64,000 nucleotides of DNA from a virus, in the IMG/VR virus record IMGVR_UViG_3300025769_000068. One strand, written 5' to 3'. A program made the translations under genes and the position numbers. Positions 56,501-64,000 of the stretch are shown here, in pieces (position 1 is the first letter of the stretch; the number at the start of each line of letters is the position of its first letter). The notes beneath the pieces were generated by a model, which was given only the letters and a program-made list of their open reading frames with translations, did no database searches and was not told where the DNA came from.

Positions 56501-59017
56501 ATTGTTGTTTTTTCAAACCCCGGAGATAGCGATTCTACATCTGTTTATAACCGTCAGCATTTCGATGCTCTTAAAAATTATAATGAATACTTTAATCAGC
56601 CGTGCTGTGGGGCGCGCCACGGATGTTTTGAGCTTGTTTATTCACCAGATTCAGACATGTACGAAGCTAACTATTATAATATAGCTACTGAGTTTGGAGA
56701 TCCAAATTTCGCAGCACTGGGCATTACACTTGAGGGAGATGCAGGAGATGCTACAGAAAGACATTCAACTTTTGGGACAGATGTTTCTCTTAATGCTTCT
56801 GGTAATATACTAGCAGTTTCGCAAGAAGGTTTAAACTCTAAAGATGTGGCTGGCGTAGATTTTTATGACGTAAAGGTAGCTATTGATAATTTTACAATTC
56901 CGGCAACAAGAACTACTACCACTACTACTACGGCTTTGCCGCCGATGCCTTTAAAATATCATATTCCTGCTAGTGGAACATTTTTTCATTTTGGTGACGG
57001 AGTTAACTTCTATAATTCTGCAATAAGAGACTTTTCTATGGATGCCTCTGGTCATCACATAGCGGTTACATGTCCGAATAGAGCTATAAAAGGTGCTTTA
57101 TCAAGTCAGGCTCCCGGCAGAGGCGTTATAATGTGTCGTAACGTTTCACAACATTCTGATTTTATTAGTGATAGAGCATGGGACCATAATTACGCTGATA
57201 TTAGAACATTGAGGCACAATCCCCCTCCAGCATCAGGATTATTGTATGGAGCTTTTACTAGCAAAACAGAAGACCCAAGAAAATCAGAATCCACATATGG
57301 ACTTGGACAAGTTTATGATGTAAAGGGCGAGGTTGACACTTTTTCAACCATAAACTTTAACGGCTTCAATCGTAATCATACAGGCTTGATATACGACATA
57401 CAATCTAGTGTAAATCCAAGTGGAACTCTAGCTGTATTTGTTTACTCAGACATTTTAGCCGGACTAGGTGTACGGAATACTTTTCTTAAAAAGAAAGATT
57501 CTTATATTCAAGTTTTAGACCTTTCTGAAACTAGAGATAATGTAGTTAGACAAAGTTCCAGTGAAAATTTTCAAGCCTATATGCGTGGGATTCCTCCATA
57601 TACTAAAGGTGATGGTCAGCCTAGTGGATTACTTTACGCTTCTGGTGTAGAAGCAGGCTATTCACAACAGAGTAATGGAAACGTTTTGTATTATGATCCA
57701 AGCGTAGCAGATAATGGAACGATTATAATAGCTAGATATACAGATAAAAAACTTACCTATCGCATTATGAACAGCGGTGTGAGTTTTGGAGGAAATGGAA
57801 CTTACAACTTTGATGGTAAATTAATAGGTGAGTTTGATTGTAATATGAATAGTAGAGATATAATGTATAATAGACATCATTCTAAATATCTGCCAGCTGT
57901 CTTTCACTCGTCCTATATGCCTAGCGATTCTGATAATTGGATATCGGAGAAAGTGTATCCTCCAAACGCTACTAAAATGTACAAAGATTATAACGGCACG
58001 ATGAGAGATAAACTAAAATCGTTTACTGGCGTTTTAACTTGGAACGATTATACAAGATACGATCACGGGCCTCTCGCAAGTAATTATGGCTACAATAGCG
58101 ACATAAAAACAACTTCTATATCTAGTCAAGGTCATGTTGTAGCGTTTTTGAGATGTAAAGATTTGTCATCAGAGCCAATAGGATCTGTTTTCTACCCTCC
58201 AACTGGCATTAAATCAAATTCATATTATAATACGGAATACAAAAGAGCCGCAGATTCTCACTGGACAAAAATGCTTCATGACAAAGACACAACCAGAAGA
58301 CTTATGTTTACTACAACTATTAAAGGAATTAATCCGGGTACAGCTTTCACTACAGATATTAATCATGTAGTTGAAAATACCAACCCAGAAAGTCGTAATA
58401 ATAAATTTGCTATAAGACCACAACCATTTGAGCTTAGTAAAGATGGGAATAGTATAGTTGTTGGTAGTGGTCTTTATAGAAAAAATGTTAACAATCAATA
58501 TTTAAATTCTTTCTTGATGAAAAATCCTTGGGACGATGTGAATGATTTAAGTAAATATTTTGAAGCAAGTTATCCACCAGAACTAATAGACAATTCGATT
58601 AATAAAGATGGCACAGTTATAGCTAGTCTATGGGGTCCACAATACGATGAAGTATATGAAAAATCATCCCATTTTGTTAGAAGCTCTCAAAACTATACTA
58701 GAGAGCCTGACATGACTTCACAATATGGCCTTCCAATAAGAAACTACATGATACAAGTATTCACTAGTGGAGAAAATGCCAGCTTTTGGCAACGACAAAC
58801 AAGATTTTTTAAAGGAAATAGGTGTAAACACATAAGCCTTACAGCTTCTGGCGATTTAGTTGCTTACACAATGACTGAAGACAACTGGCATAACAATTAT
58901 TTTAAAAATGAAGATTTTTGGAAAAGTTCTGGCAGTAGAAAGACACTTGATGATCCAAGAAAGGGTTATATAAATTTCTTAGAAGTCGAAAGTATAGGAC
59001 ACAAACCACCTACTTAA
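50528..59017 (+). CDS. giant 2829-aa putative virion adhesin (propeller-like repeats, poly-Thr linkers)
   Basis: (I/L)N.(D/S)G...(A/V) repeats, FGTDVSLNASGNILAVS, two Thr tracts; TAATG coupling with the previous gene. Confidence 0.8.
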   Translation: MVVNYNKLFDDGKYQNITIDQGVQGDAFEMPTLDDFKMRLLKSESYVILYDFHSLPINLGVSQAASSSAPQLVKMRRHVTNPIDTTASMNRYSRPCQIPPEPEEFGDAFGKSGKDCEQATRIYNGGGKLNGSYRDKNGSFKDFSFKVYASSMLLKRRTAQLSNPYPVYKTGSANSVIESWKRANKFVTANNPRTDVSSLSKSSEAYKRYAATGEYATARRITFNMDDPRFSTEPTKHTTTVRAQLSEGLSAKGYPAFTGPILWKVIYGTGPTFGAGTINDKDMLVEGRNMIVGGSYAMIKKSDYDALIRTRRDLGLSIERFKKSGLFTEFEVEYDLPDLWECKFKLTKNNGQRIHDGRFDVTDKDIQAIPYSYDTIPSTAFYKPPKDSDIVSLGGGKYGTAASSRIPDTLTKIVTGDADFVELPDRGRAVYWQHYYKFNGDGEFAGVNPNNVEKFWDNGGTYQTTRPGYQTVYETEKFDYGKYVSQIPRLYYQASKSPSESIYFKNPSFPRPVQANGVQFVFNPKQIENGDNEVTAINYIDPNFATSSFFGRPKKKGVVKFSTYDVGEFTLEIVQANKISTTANAPNQQFKAYKLKTAGVDKQHRGLKSDFDTVLERWSNKKYSQKITFTDKTGKPDKLVLKQANIQNIPGVVNDFTSQWSQDYSFGATSRDLSSNDSVGQLAIQGTTNISTHVYNEWYDRYGNLLGVSPQYNEIALKGITQLAATNNSRREYELIEYEVKAPSASQAGLPYGSTDIRVAAPNHTFFYEVRYIVQGSRSKAVELKNSGGSATKRNSYFGKYFTPVAGDSSGGNLSNDSTLPAGQQLPSRLDPTVYDAVPYVEFNEDGTKLLIAQKAIGKFSYIEKERDRDYRKGYLKIIDRVSTEGADNKVRISFDVDPTGQKSTYETAFFNDLEITAKKDRYMYKGFQDGKFGLSKDGAFIACYFTDGDRNNLNRYPPRLFLYKNMNAETEDKEYKSANEGGYFSPSVVQNNVPFNVPLNPNTNEYTYNAQENLDFLVEERPFDGLSVADPKDELTCIPYWRPEFLYPNRNQHLYVRYPFGDLDQSSTELPRYMNELRADYPLAKKAILSQINVIGYNPYDTSTNNIHKDSGYWRLAAIQDNVFFENGDNEPLTTDRTLSGSLGCISVQMRIDEGNPNSLTGIGEETLVLDTKTTSGWNPGTYNSRTIDYNYRPYFSFVGSLRALSTSNDFASQYTEYDSSQSYRTGKFTGQYGFGRVPIYDFTDAVESFIVRTKSDTGLSIGVGTHKFINIPYRYPVTFLVDDIKGVSIQTLKDETFNESEYKESTKIVRDRFGDTDYTETLDLRYTYVSPKTGQIKKKDYYSGSLILKITPEYFDNANNPPIVMVTMKRLVTTNGKSYDLTPEPVNIYPVETCDSSLLKAHILPDGTTLYGTTTTTTTTTTTTIPPGEPNFHFDRFYVKRKDDRFIEEEITPFTLSYSDYTTIAQEYLLPSRPPTYEELRNSSQAGKRYRKISIDSGARFSQIKLNDSGNLLIFKNKFIDDRTALGDLGALKTGVGLQGRTDFSFSYSQLQDAGGGNRQYGLYTDKALKSFAGYDRTKPNDPLPTNAHVFFGRTNDNFDENDINDFVINDSGNTLLYSPSEGSYKGNLLHGVADFDSTSINNSDALYELSGGEKSVAKQIKNAYGEKIKKFSLSKDNNVLAIIQENSQFLQHASQSILRGSAFGFGNATQIYPTTGTYPHNKPESFSNILVFDRTGDNNWAIRNSRSLSTTWEIPIGKPESVAFQAYEDIRINKDGTIIAGLRYENNSAVPSINLSTKRQDGNTNIYYNSSKAFGSNLNLSVDGGSDFQYKNGFYIDVWKYNSGDKRWDMLGAKNVGGLINELRYFTSGDKHSIRLTNNETAISRDYQDINYEINHEGNVLALTYRDKNIGKYHFQQIYAYNESKDEWIKTFSRDSRDSIAQTIQHFNIINSSSYTEDVKDNAGNIVYDPNKNFCYLHNRVDINNSGNIVVFSNPGDSDSTSVYNRQHFDALKNYNEYFNQPCCGARHGCFELVYSPDSDMYEANYYNIATEFGDPNFAALGITLEGDAGDATERHSTFGTDVSLNASGNILAVSQEGLNSKDVAGVDFYDVKVAIDNFTIPATRTTTTTTTALPPMPLKYHIPASGTFFHFGDGVNFYNSAIRDFSMDASGHHIAVTCPNRAIKGALSSQAPGRGVIMCRNVSQHSDFISDRAWDHNYADIRTLRHNPPPASGLLYGAFTSKTEDPRKSESTYGLGQVYDVKGEVDTFSTINFNGFNRNHTGLIYDIQSSVNPSGTLAVFVYSDILAGLGVRNTFLKKKDSYIQVLDLSETRDNVVRQSSSENFQAYMRGIPPYTKGDGQPSGLLYASGVEAGYSQQSNGNVLYYDPSVADNGTIIIARYTDKKLTYRIMNSGVSFGGNGTYNFDGKLIGEFDCNMNSRDIMYNRHHSKYLPAVFHSSYMPSDSDNWISEKVYPPNATKMYKDYNGTMRDKLKSFTGVLTWNDYTRYDHGPLASNYGYNSDIKTTSISSQGHVVAFLRCKDLSSEPIGSVFYPPTGIKSNSYYNTEYKRAADSHWTKMLHDKDTTRRLMFTTTIKGINPGTAFTTDINHVVENTNPESRNNKFAIRPQPFELSKDGNSIVVGSGLYRKNVNNQYLNSFLMKNPWDDVNDLSKYFEASYPPELIDNSINKDGTVIASLWGPQYDEVYEKSSHFVRSSQNYTREPDMTSQYGLPIRNYMIQVFTSGENASFWQRQTRFFKGNRCKHISLTASGDLVAYTMTEDNWHNNYFKNEDFWKSSGSRKTLDDPRKGYINFLEVESIGHKPPT

Positions 59018-59026
59018 TGGATTATT

Positions 59027-60097
59027 ATGTTTAATTTATCAGATAGAGTACGAGAAACATCATTAACAGAAGGCTCTGGAGCTGTCACTATAAATGACAC
59101 TTACGGTAGCTTCCAATCATTTGCTAGTGGCGTTGGTGATGGCAATAAAACATTTTATGCTATAGAAAATAATGTAAGATTTGAAATTGGATTAGGAACT
59201 TTTAATGATGGTGTTTTATCTAGAGATTTAATATTTACTAGCACAGACCCTAGCGGTAATAAAATTAACCTTGATGGCGTTTCTACAGTTTTTTGCACGT
59301 ATCCTGCTACACACTCTGTCTTTGTTAACCCGGATGGTAATGTTTCTGGATTGCCGCCTAGATATAGTGGTATAGCTTGTCCAGATGGCTTAGTACAAAC
59401 CAGAGCATTTATTGGTTCTGGAAATACTGGCAATGTTGCGTATTGGAGCGATGAAAATACTATAGGTGGAGATAACACTTTTATTTGGGATTCTTCAGAT
59501 ACTACTCTATATGTTGATGGCAATATTGCTGTAAGCGGCTCTATCAAGGACGCTAAGTTCTATTCAAGTTCCGCAGGTTCTTTATTTCATGCTTACATTG
59601 ATAATGGTGGAAATGACATTGTAGCCCTGCATATAACAGACGGGTCAGATCCCACTTGGAAATTAGGACTAAAACCATATAGCACAGCCTTTGCAGACGC
59701 ACCTACAAACGGATATGTTTACGGGGACATCGACAGCGTTGGCAATGTAGTGGATACAGATAATTTTTATATTATGAATTATACTAATGGTTTTTTCATA
59801 ACGCACAGAGGTGCAAATTTATTATACGTTGCTAAAAGCAACGGTGTCAGCATAAACAACAGCTCTTCAGTTGAAGTTCCTTTGACCATAAATTCAGCGT
59901 TAGGACAATCTTCTAATCTACAAGAATTTAAGAATAGCACTGGAAATACATTATTATCAGTTGACAAGGCGGGTTCACTTGTCTTTGACACACAAATAGC
60001 TAATGTGTCTGCTCCCAATAAATCCTTGTTTTATAGCTCAGATAATGACAAATTGGTATTTAAGGACAAAAATGGGTCTATACATGAGTTGTACTAA
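59027..60097 (+). CDS. virion fibre-like protein
   Basis: LSDRVRETS.T.GSG...EIGLG...L.R...VFCTYPA N-terminal module. Confidence 0.7.
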   Translation: MFNLSDRVRETSLTEGSGAVTINDTYGSFQSFASGVGDGNKTFYAIENNVRFEIGLGTFNDGVLSRDLIFTSTDPSGNKINLDGVSTVFCTYPATHSVFVNPDGNVSGLPPRYSGIACPDGLVQTRAFIGSGNTGNVAYWSDENTIGGDNTFIWDSSDTTLYVDGNIAVSGSIKDAKFYSSSAGSLFHAYIDNGGNDIVALHITDGSDPTWKLGLKPYSTAFADAPTNGYVYGDIDSVGNVVDTDNFYIMNYTNGFFITHRGANLLYVAKSNGVSINNSSSVEVPLTINSALGQSSNLQEFKNSTGNTLLSVDKAGSLVFDTQIANVSAPNKSLFYSSDNDKLVFKDKNGSIHELY

Positions 60098-60139
60098 TTG
60101 GTGTATATTATGTTAGATAACTAGGAATATAGGTGAATT

Positions 60140-60385
60140 ATGGCTACATTTTCAGTAGAGATAGCGGATCAGGATGTTGAGCGTGTAATTGAGGCTATAT
60201 GCGTAAATTACAACAGGCCAGATATGGTGGATGGTTTAGACAATTCAGAAAGCAAATCAGTTTTTGCCAACAGGATCGTAAGACAATATTTATCCGAAAA
60301 TGTGAGAAAGTACGAGTTAGACCTACTAAAACAAACCTTAGAGAATCAAGTAACAAACCCAGTAATCACGGACCCGCAGGTATAA
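60140..60385 (+). CDS. hypothetical structural-module protein
   Basis: after the GTGTATA motif; AGGTG RBS. Confidence 0.65.
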   Translation: MATFSVEIADQDVERVIEAICVNYNRPDMVDGLDNSESKSVFANRIVRQYLSENVRKYELDLLKQTLENQVTNPVITDPQV

Positions 60386-60555
60386 TGTTTATTTTTAGTC
60401 AATTTCCATTTTCAACTGGTTTGATGAATTTTTTTAACGGCGGTATAATTCCCTTAAACATTTCATTAAAAAGCACAAAAACACACACACTCAATATTAT
60501 TAAGACGCAAGATATTATCCTACAACTAAAAAGACAAAATCCAACAATATTATGA
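60385..60555 (+). CDS. small hypothetical protein
   Basis: TAATG coupling; MFIFSQFPFST; 3' part of track ORF 60199. Confidence 0.5.
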   Translation: MFIFSQFPFSTGLMNFFNGGIIPLNISLKSTKTHTLNIIKTQDIILQLKRQNPTIL

Positions 60556-60618
60556 AAACAGTTAATGTTATTTTAAATATAGTTAGAACAAAAGATATTA
60601 CTTTACTAAGGTAAAAAC

Positions 60619-60924
60619 ATGGCTAGCGAAATACATGTAGATAATGTAGGTACTAGATTTTCAATGACTGTTCAGGAAACTGGCAGCGGCGTAGATATTT
60701 CTAACAACTCTAGTATTACTATTTATATTAAAAGGCCAGATGATGAAATTATCACACGGAGTGGCATTCTGTTAGGCGATGGCACTGATGGTAAATTTCA
60801 TTATGATACAATAGCAGGCGATTTAGACGAGGCGGGACATTACAAACTTCAAGCAAAGATAGCTTTGCCAAGCGGAACATATTATACTGATATATATGAT
60901 TTTAAAACCCACTGTAACTTATAG
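60619..60924 (+). CDS. small beta-sandwich virion protein (BppU N-terminal-like)
   Basis: G.DIS....I.IKRPD, DGTDGK..Y....GDLDEAG.YKLQ. Confidence 0.6.
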   Translation: MASEIHVDNVGTRFSMTVQETGSGVDISNNSSITIYIKRPDDEIITRSGILLGDGTDGKFHYDTIAGDLDEAGHYKLQAKIALPSGTYYTDIYDFKTHCNL

Positions 60925-60932
60925 GTGCAAAT

Positions 60933-61451
60933 ATGTCGTGGCAAGGCCAAATTTCAACAATGGTTAGACACATCGTTAACGATGTAGATCCTTCCAATTA
61001 CAAATATTCGGTAAAGCGTTTAGAAACAACAATTTTAGTAGCATGTCAATTGGTTTCAGAAGATGTAGATTTTTCAAACGATTACGTAGTTAATGTAGAA
61101 CAGTGTTCGCTTTCTCCAGACCCTACAGATGATCCTAAAGATAATGTGTTTGTAAACTTGGCAACACTCAAAACTGCTTGTATTATAATTGGTAGCGAGG
61201 TTAGAACAGAAGCATCTAATGCAATTTCTATTAAAGATGGACCATCTGCAATAGACTTAAGAGGTGTGGCAACCACACTTACAATATTATATAAAGACTT
61301 GTGTGAAAAATATAATAAGTTAGTTTACGATTATGTTGCTGGAGGAAGCTTGGCTGGTCAAGCTATTCTCGGTCCTTATAGTCCCGGTAGCGACTTTGTT
61401 TCTAGGACTCACAGCGATTATGACCATAGAGGTGGATATTTTAGATATTAA
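60933..61451 (+). CDS. putative head-tail connector protein
   Basis: VRHIVND......YS..RL helical N-terminus, AISIKDG.SAID; position in structural module. Confidence 0.5.
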   Translation: MSWQGQISTMVRHIVNDVDPSNYKYSVKRLETTILVACQLVSEDVDFSNDYVVNVEQCSLSPDPTDDPKDNVFVNLATLKTACIIIGSEVRTEASNAISIKDGPSAIDLRGVATTLTILYKDLCEKYNKLVYDYVAGGSLAGQAILGPYSPGSDFVSRTHSDYDHRGGYFRY

Positions 61452-61465
61452 AGGAGATTACAAAA

Positions 61466-62476
61466 ATGTCAGTAAAAAATAGTACAGATCTTAAAAGTAC
61501 CATAAATTCAGAGCTAGCTGATAACAATGCTGGTGCTATTTCTGCACTAGATATTAGACATAATATGGTCGATATAGTTGATTCTATTGTTCCAGTTGTT
61601 GCTAGCGGTGATTTTTCAACTTATCCATTTGATAATGGAATTGTAAAATTTAAAAGTGTTATAGATGTTGGTAGTGGTTTGTTTTTTGACACTGACAATA
61701 CTGCACATTTAGATGGAGACGAAAAATATCAATGGGAGCCATATCCCGGCAGCGGTAATGTTAGTCATGACACCTTGGCTGACTTAGACACGGGCGATAA
61801 ACATACTCAGTATATTTCTGTTAGTGGAATAAGAATGATGACTGGTAATTTTGGCTTAGGTGGAATAACTGAAAACTGGATTAACCATAGTGGAGAAGCA
61901 ACACTTCTAGAAACTGACAATCACGGATTGCATTTTTCTATGACCAATCCAGAGGCTGCAAAGTATGGGGAAGTCATTCACGTTGGTAGCGGTAATCAAG
62001 GAGGGATGGAAAATACCTATACTAAGTTTAAGTTTGATTACGATAATTCAGAATATCACACCGCTAAGACAAATGCTTTAGCGTGGATTAGCTTTAACGG
62101 CTCTGCATATTTAAATGGATCTTTAAGTGATAGTGGGTTAAGTGGGATTGCTGTTACTAGCTCTTACAACATTTCTGCAATCCAAGCTAGTGGCGCTGGA
62201 ACTTACAAGATCTTTTTCAAAGACGGACTTTTGGGTGCTGGTAACACTAACTACGCAGTTATTGCTCACAGCAATGGCACAACTTCTAATAGTAGTCCAC
62301 AAAGTATGGACTTAGTTACTCCAGCGGTAGTTGTAAGAGAAGATGATTTCTTCACCTTGGCTGTTAGAAATGATAATGGCGAATTTGTTAATTCAAGAAG
62401 AAATGACATAGTTGTGTATGGACTTCAAAGTGGCGTAATACCGGAGGCTTCAATTACTGTTCAAAACTTTACCTAA
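61466..62476 (+). CDS. virion protein sharing its N-terminal module with ORF 32394
   Basis: INSELADNNAGAISALDIRHNMVDIVDS; H..L.DL..GD.HTQY; AWISFNG...SSYNIS. Confidence 0.7.
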   Translation: MSVKNSTDLKSTINSELADNNAGAISALDIRHNMVDIVDSIVPVVASGDFSTYPFDNGIVKFKSVIDVGSGLFFDTDNTAHLDGDEKYQWEPYPGSGNVSHDTLADLDTGDKHTQYISVSGIRMMTGNFGLGGITENWINHSGEATLLETDNHGLHFSMTNPEAAKYGEVIHVGSGNQGGMENTYTKFKFDYDNSEYHTAKTNALAWISFNGSAYLNGSLSDSGLSGIAVTSSYNISAIQASGAGTYKIFFKDGLLGAGNTNYAVIAHSNGTTSNSSPQSMDLVTPAVVVREDDFFTLAVRNDNGEFVNSRRNDIVVYGLQSGVIPEASITVQNFT

Positions 62477-62490
62477 TACGGAAGAATTAA

Positions 62491-64000
62491 ATGTCACAAG
62501 CACCTAAAATAGCAGATAGAACTAAAGAACTTTCGTATACAACTGGAACTAATGCTTTTCTATTAGAAGGAAGTATTAATGGTTTTAGTTCGTTTGCGTC
62601 TAGTTTTGACAACGGCGATGTAATATTTTATGCCGCCACTGATGGCACTGATTACGAAGTGGGGTCTGGAGTATTTACTGATTCTTCAGCAGATACTATT
62701 TCCAGATTTGTTCTTGCTAGTAGTAATAGTAATAATTTAGTTTCATTTAGCGCTGGGGCTAAAGAGGTTTATTCCACTTATCCAGCTACTAATGCTATTG
62801 TGTCATTATCTGGAGTTGTTCCTAAATCAAGCGGTGTTACATTTTGGCTCTCTGATAAAACGATTGGTCATGATAGTAATTTTGTTTGGAACAATGTTGA
62901 TAATAGACTAGGTATCAATCAATCAAATCCATCTTTTTCTATTGATGTCGGTGGTACTTCAGCATTTTCAATCATTAATACTTCTGGTGTTCACACTGGT
63001 GTATCTGGTATATTGTTTGCAAGTGGAACTACTGTTCCTTCTTATAGCGGTGGAAGACAGCTGGAGCATTTTGAAAGAAATATCTTAGGCGATGCAAACA
63101 TACAATCTGTAATAGAGCTTAGTGGCGTTGTAGATCAATACTTATTTTTAAAGCCGCAAGATACTGGATTAATTTTTGCTGGCCCTGCCAGTGGATGTGG
63201 AGTTGGTTGTCCTCCTGCTAGACCAAGTTTTAGAACTTTAGTGTTATCTGACGTTCCAGATTTAATCTTTATTTCTGGACAATTGATGACATCCGGTGTA
63301 ACAAACGCAGCAAATATAGTTGCGATAAGTGGGATGATGGTAGATACACCAAGTGGTGTTCATAGCTATTTAGCTAGGTGGAGCGATGATGATACTTTGG
63401 GAGCTAGTAGTGTTTATGAATCTGGTGGGGTTGTTGGAATTGGCACTAGCACTACAGCAACTGGCTATAAACTGGACGTTAGAAATGGCGACATTCTAGT
63501 AGGCACTAAATTAGTTGTTGGCAGTGGAGTATATAGCCAAACTTCACCCGGAACTTATTTTGGATTAAAACATACTAGTTTCACAAGTCCATCTGAATAT
63601 ATGATCATGAGCAATGGTACTCACACTTATCTTAGCGCTAAAGAAGATAGCGATGTTATTATTAGAGGTGGTGCAAATAACGTTGATCATCAAGTTGTTG
63701 TTAGTAAAAGTGGTATCACCCTTGGTAAATACAGACCTGCGGCTAGTAGCGTAGTACCAGAACACGACGTAGACATTGTTTACGATGAAAGCAATGGTAG
63801 TGGATGTATAAGAATTGCTGATAGAAATGGCAGCGGCATAATGATTGGTGACTGCGCTCTTGAATCTTCCTCTGTTTACGCTGGCATGAAACACACAGAG
63901 ATGGCTGGTACTCTTGACTACATGATAGCTAGTAGTGGCACTCATACTTTTATAAGCGCTAGAGATGGATCTAATGTTTTTATTAGAGGAGGAGGTCATA
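62491..64000 (+). CDS. virion fibre-like protein, paralog of ORF 59027 (runs off the window edge)
   Basis: Not in track. MSQAPKIADRTKELSYTTGT...YEVGSG...KEVYSTYPA; tandem G.KHT......YMI.S.GTHT..SA...S.V.IRGG repeats at the end. Confidence 0.8.
   Translation, partial: MSQAPKIADRTKELSYTTGTNAFLLEGSINGFSSFASSFDNGDVIFYAATDGTDYEVGSGVFTDSSADTISRFVLASSNSNNLVSFSAGAKEVYSTYPATNAIVSLSGVVPKSSGVTFWLSDKTIGHDSNFVWNNVDNRLGINQSNPSFSIDVGGTSAFSIINTSGVHTGVSGILFASGTTVPSYSGGRQLEHFERNILGDANIQSVIELSGVVDQYLFLKPQDTGLIFAGPASGCGVGCPPARPSFRTLVLSDVPDLIFISGQLMTSGVTNAANIVAISGMMVDTPSGVHSYLARWSDDDTLGASSVYESGGVVGIGTSTTATGYKLDVRNGDILVGTKLVVGSGVYSQTSPGTYFGLKHTSFTSPSEYMIMSNGTHTYLSAKEDSDVIIRGGANNVDHQVVVSKSGITLGKYRPAASSVVPEHDVDIVYDESNGSGCIRIADRNGSGIMIGDCALESSSVYAGMKHTEMAGTLDYMIASSGTHTFISARDGSNVFIRGGGH

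Noticed and set aside
56609-56618. GGGGCGCGCC copy of the repeat-B GC box inside the 2829-aa gene
   Set aside because: Only 10 nt, no adjacent palindrome, encodes CGAR; may be chance.
39456-59017. Diversity-generating retroelement or alternative genetic code
   Set aside because: No reverse transcriptase or TR/VR pair seen; long ORFs are open in the standard code and all three stop codons end genes.
63565-63999. 144-aa minus-strand ORF
   Set aside because: Antisense shadow of the open plus-strand gene starting at 62491.

Overview
This window is part of a large, AT-rich tailed dsDNA phage genome (Caudoviricetes). The host is probably a planctomycete, because the phage carries DUF1559 prepilin-like and DUF1501 genes. 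Two divergent arms meet at about 18.15-18.4 kb. The left arm (1-18.1 kb, minus strand) holds glmS (truncated, missing from the ORF track), an rIIA-like ATPase, the two planctomycete-type genes, and many small early-type genes (DUF932, pyrimidine-dimer glycosylase, YubB/DUF1281-like, HNH). These are arranged as cassettes separated by three recurrent non-coding elements: (i) about 11 promoters with a sigma28/FliA-like TAAA-N16/17-G(A/T/C)CGAT motif, nine of them interleaved with a sigma70 TTG...-N16/17-TAnnnT motif; (ii) six TAAGTC-N13-GACTTA palindromes, each paired with a GCGCCCC(GC) box; (iii) five ~50-bp GTCAGCGAAAA-ending repeats. One cassette (12.93-13.36 kb) has its own promoter and no credible protein. 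It folds by eye into a tandem array of tRNA-like RNAs whose anticodon arms are replaced by large structured domains, one with a pseudoknot. This is the best candidate for an undescribed system. The right arm (18.4-64 kb, plus strand) holds a sigma-like factor, a glycosylation cluster (GT, GT6, gmd), HNH, ERCC4 nuclease, ClpP, terminase, portal, protease/scaffold, decoration protein, major capsid protein and virion proteins, including 3690-aa and 2829-aa giants with mucin-like poly-Thr linkers. No CRISPR array, rRNA, canonical tRNA or integrase was seen. All family assignments come from motif recognition by eye, not from database searches.
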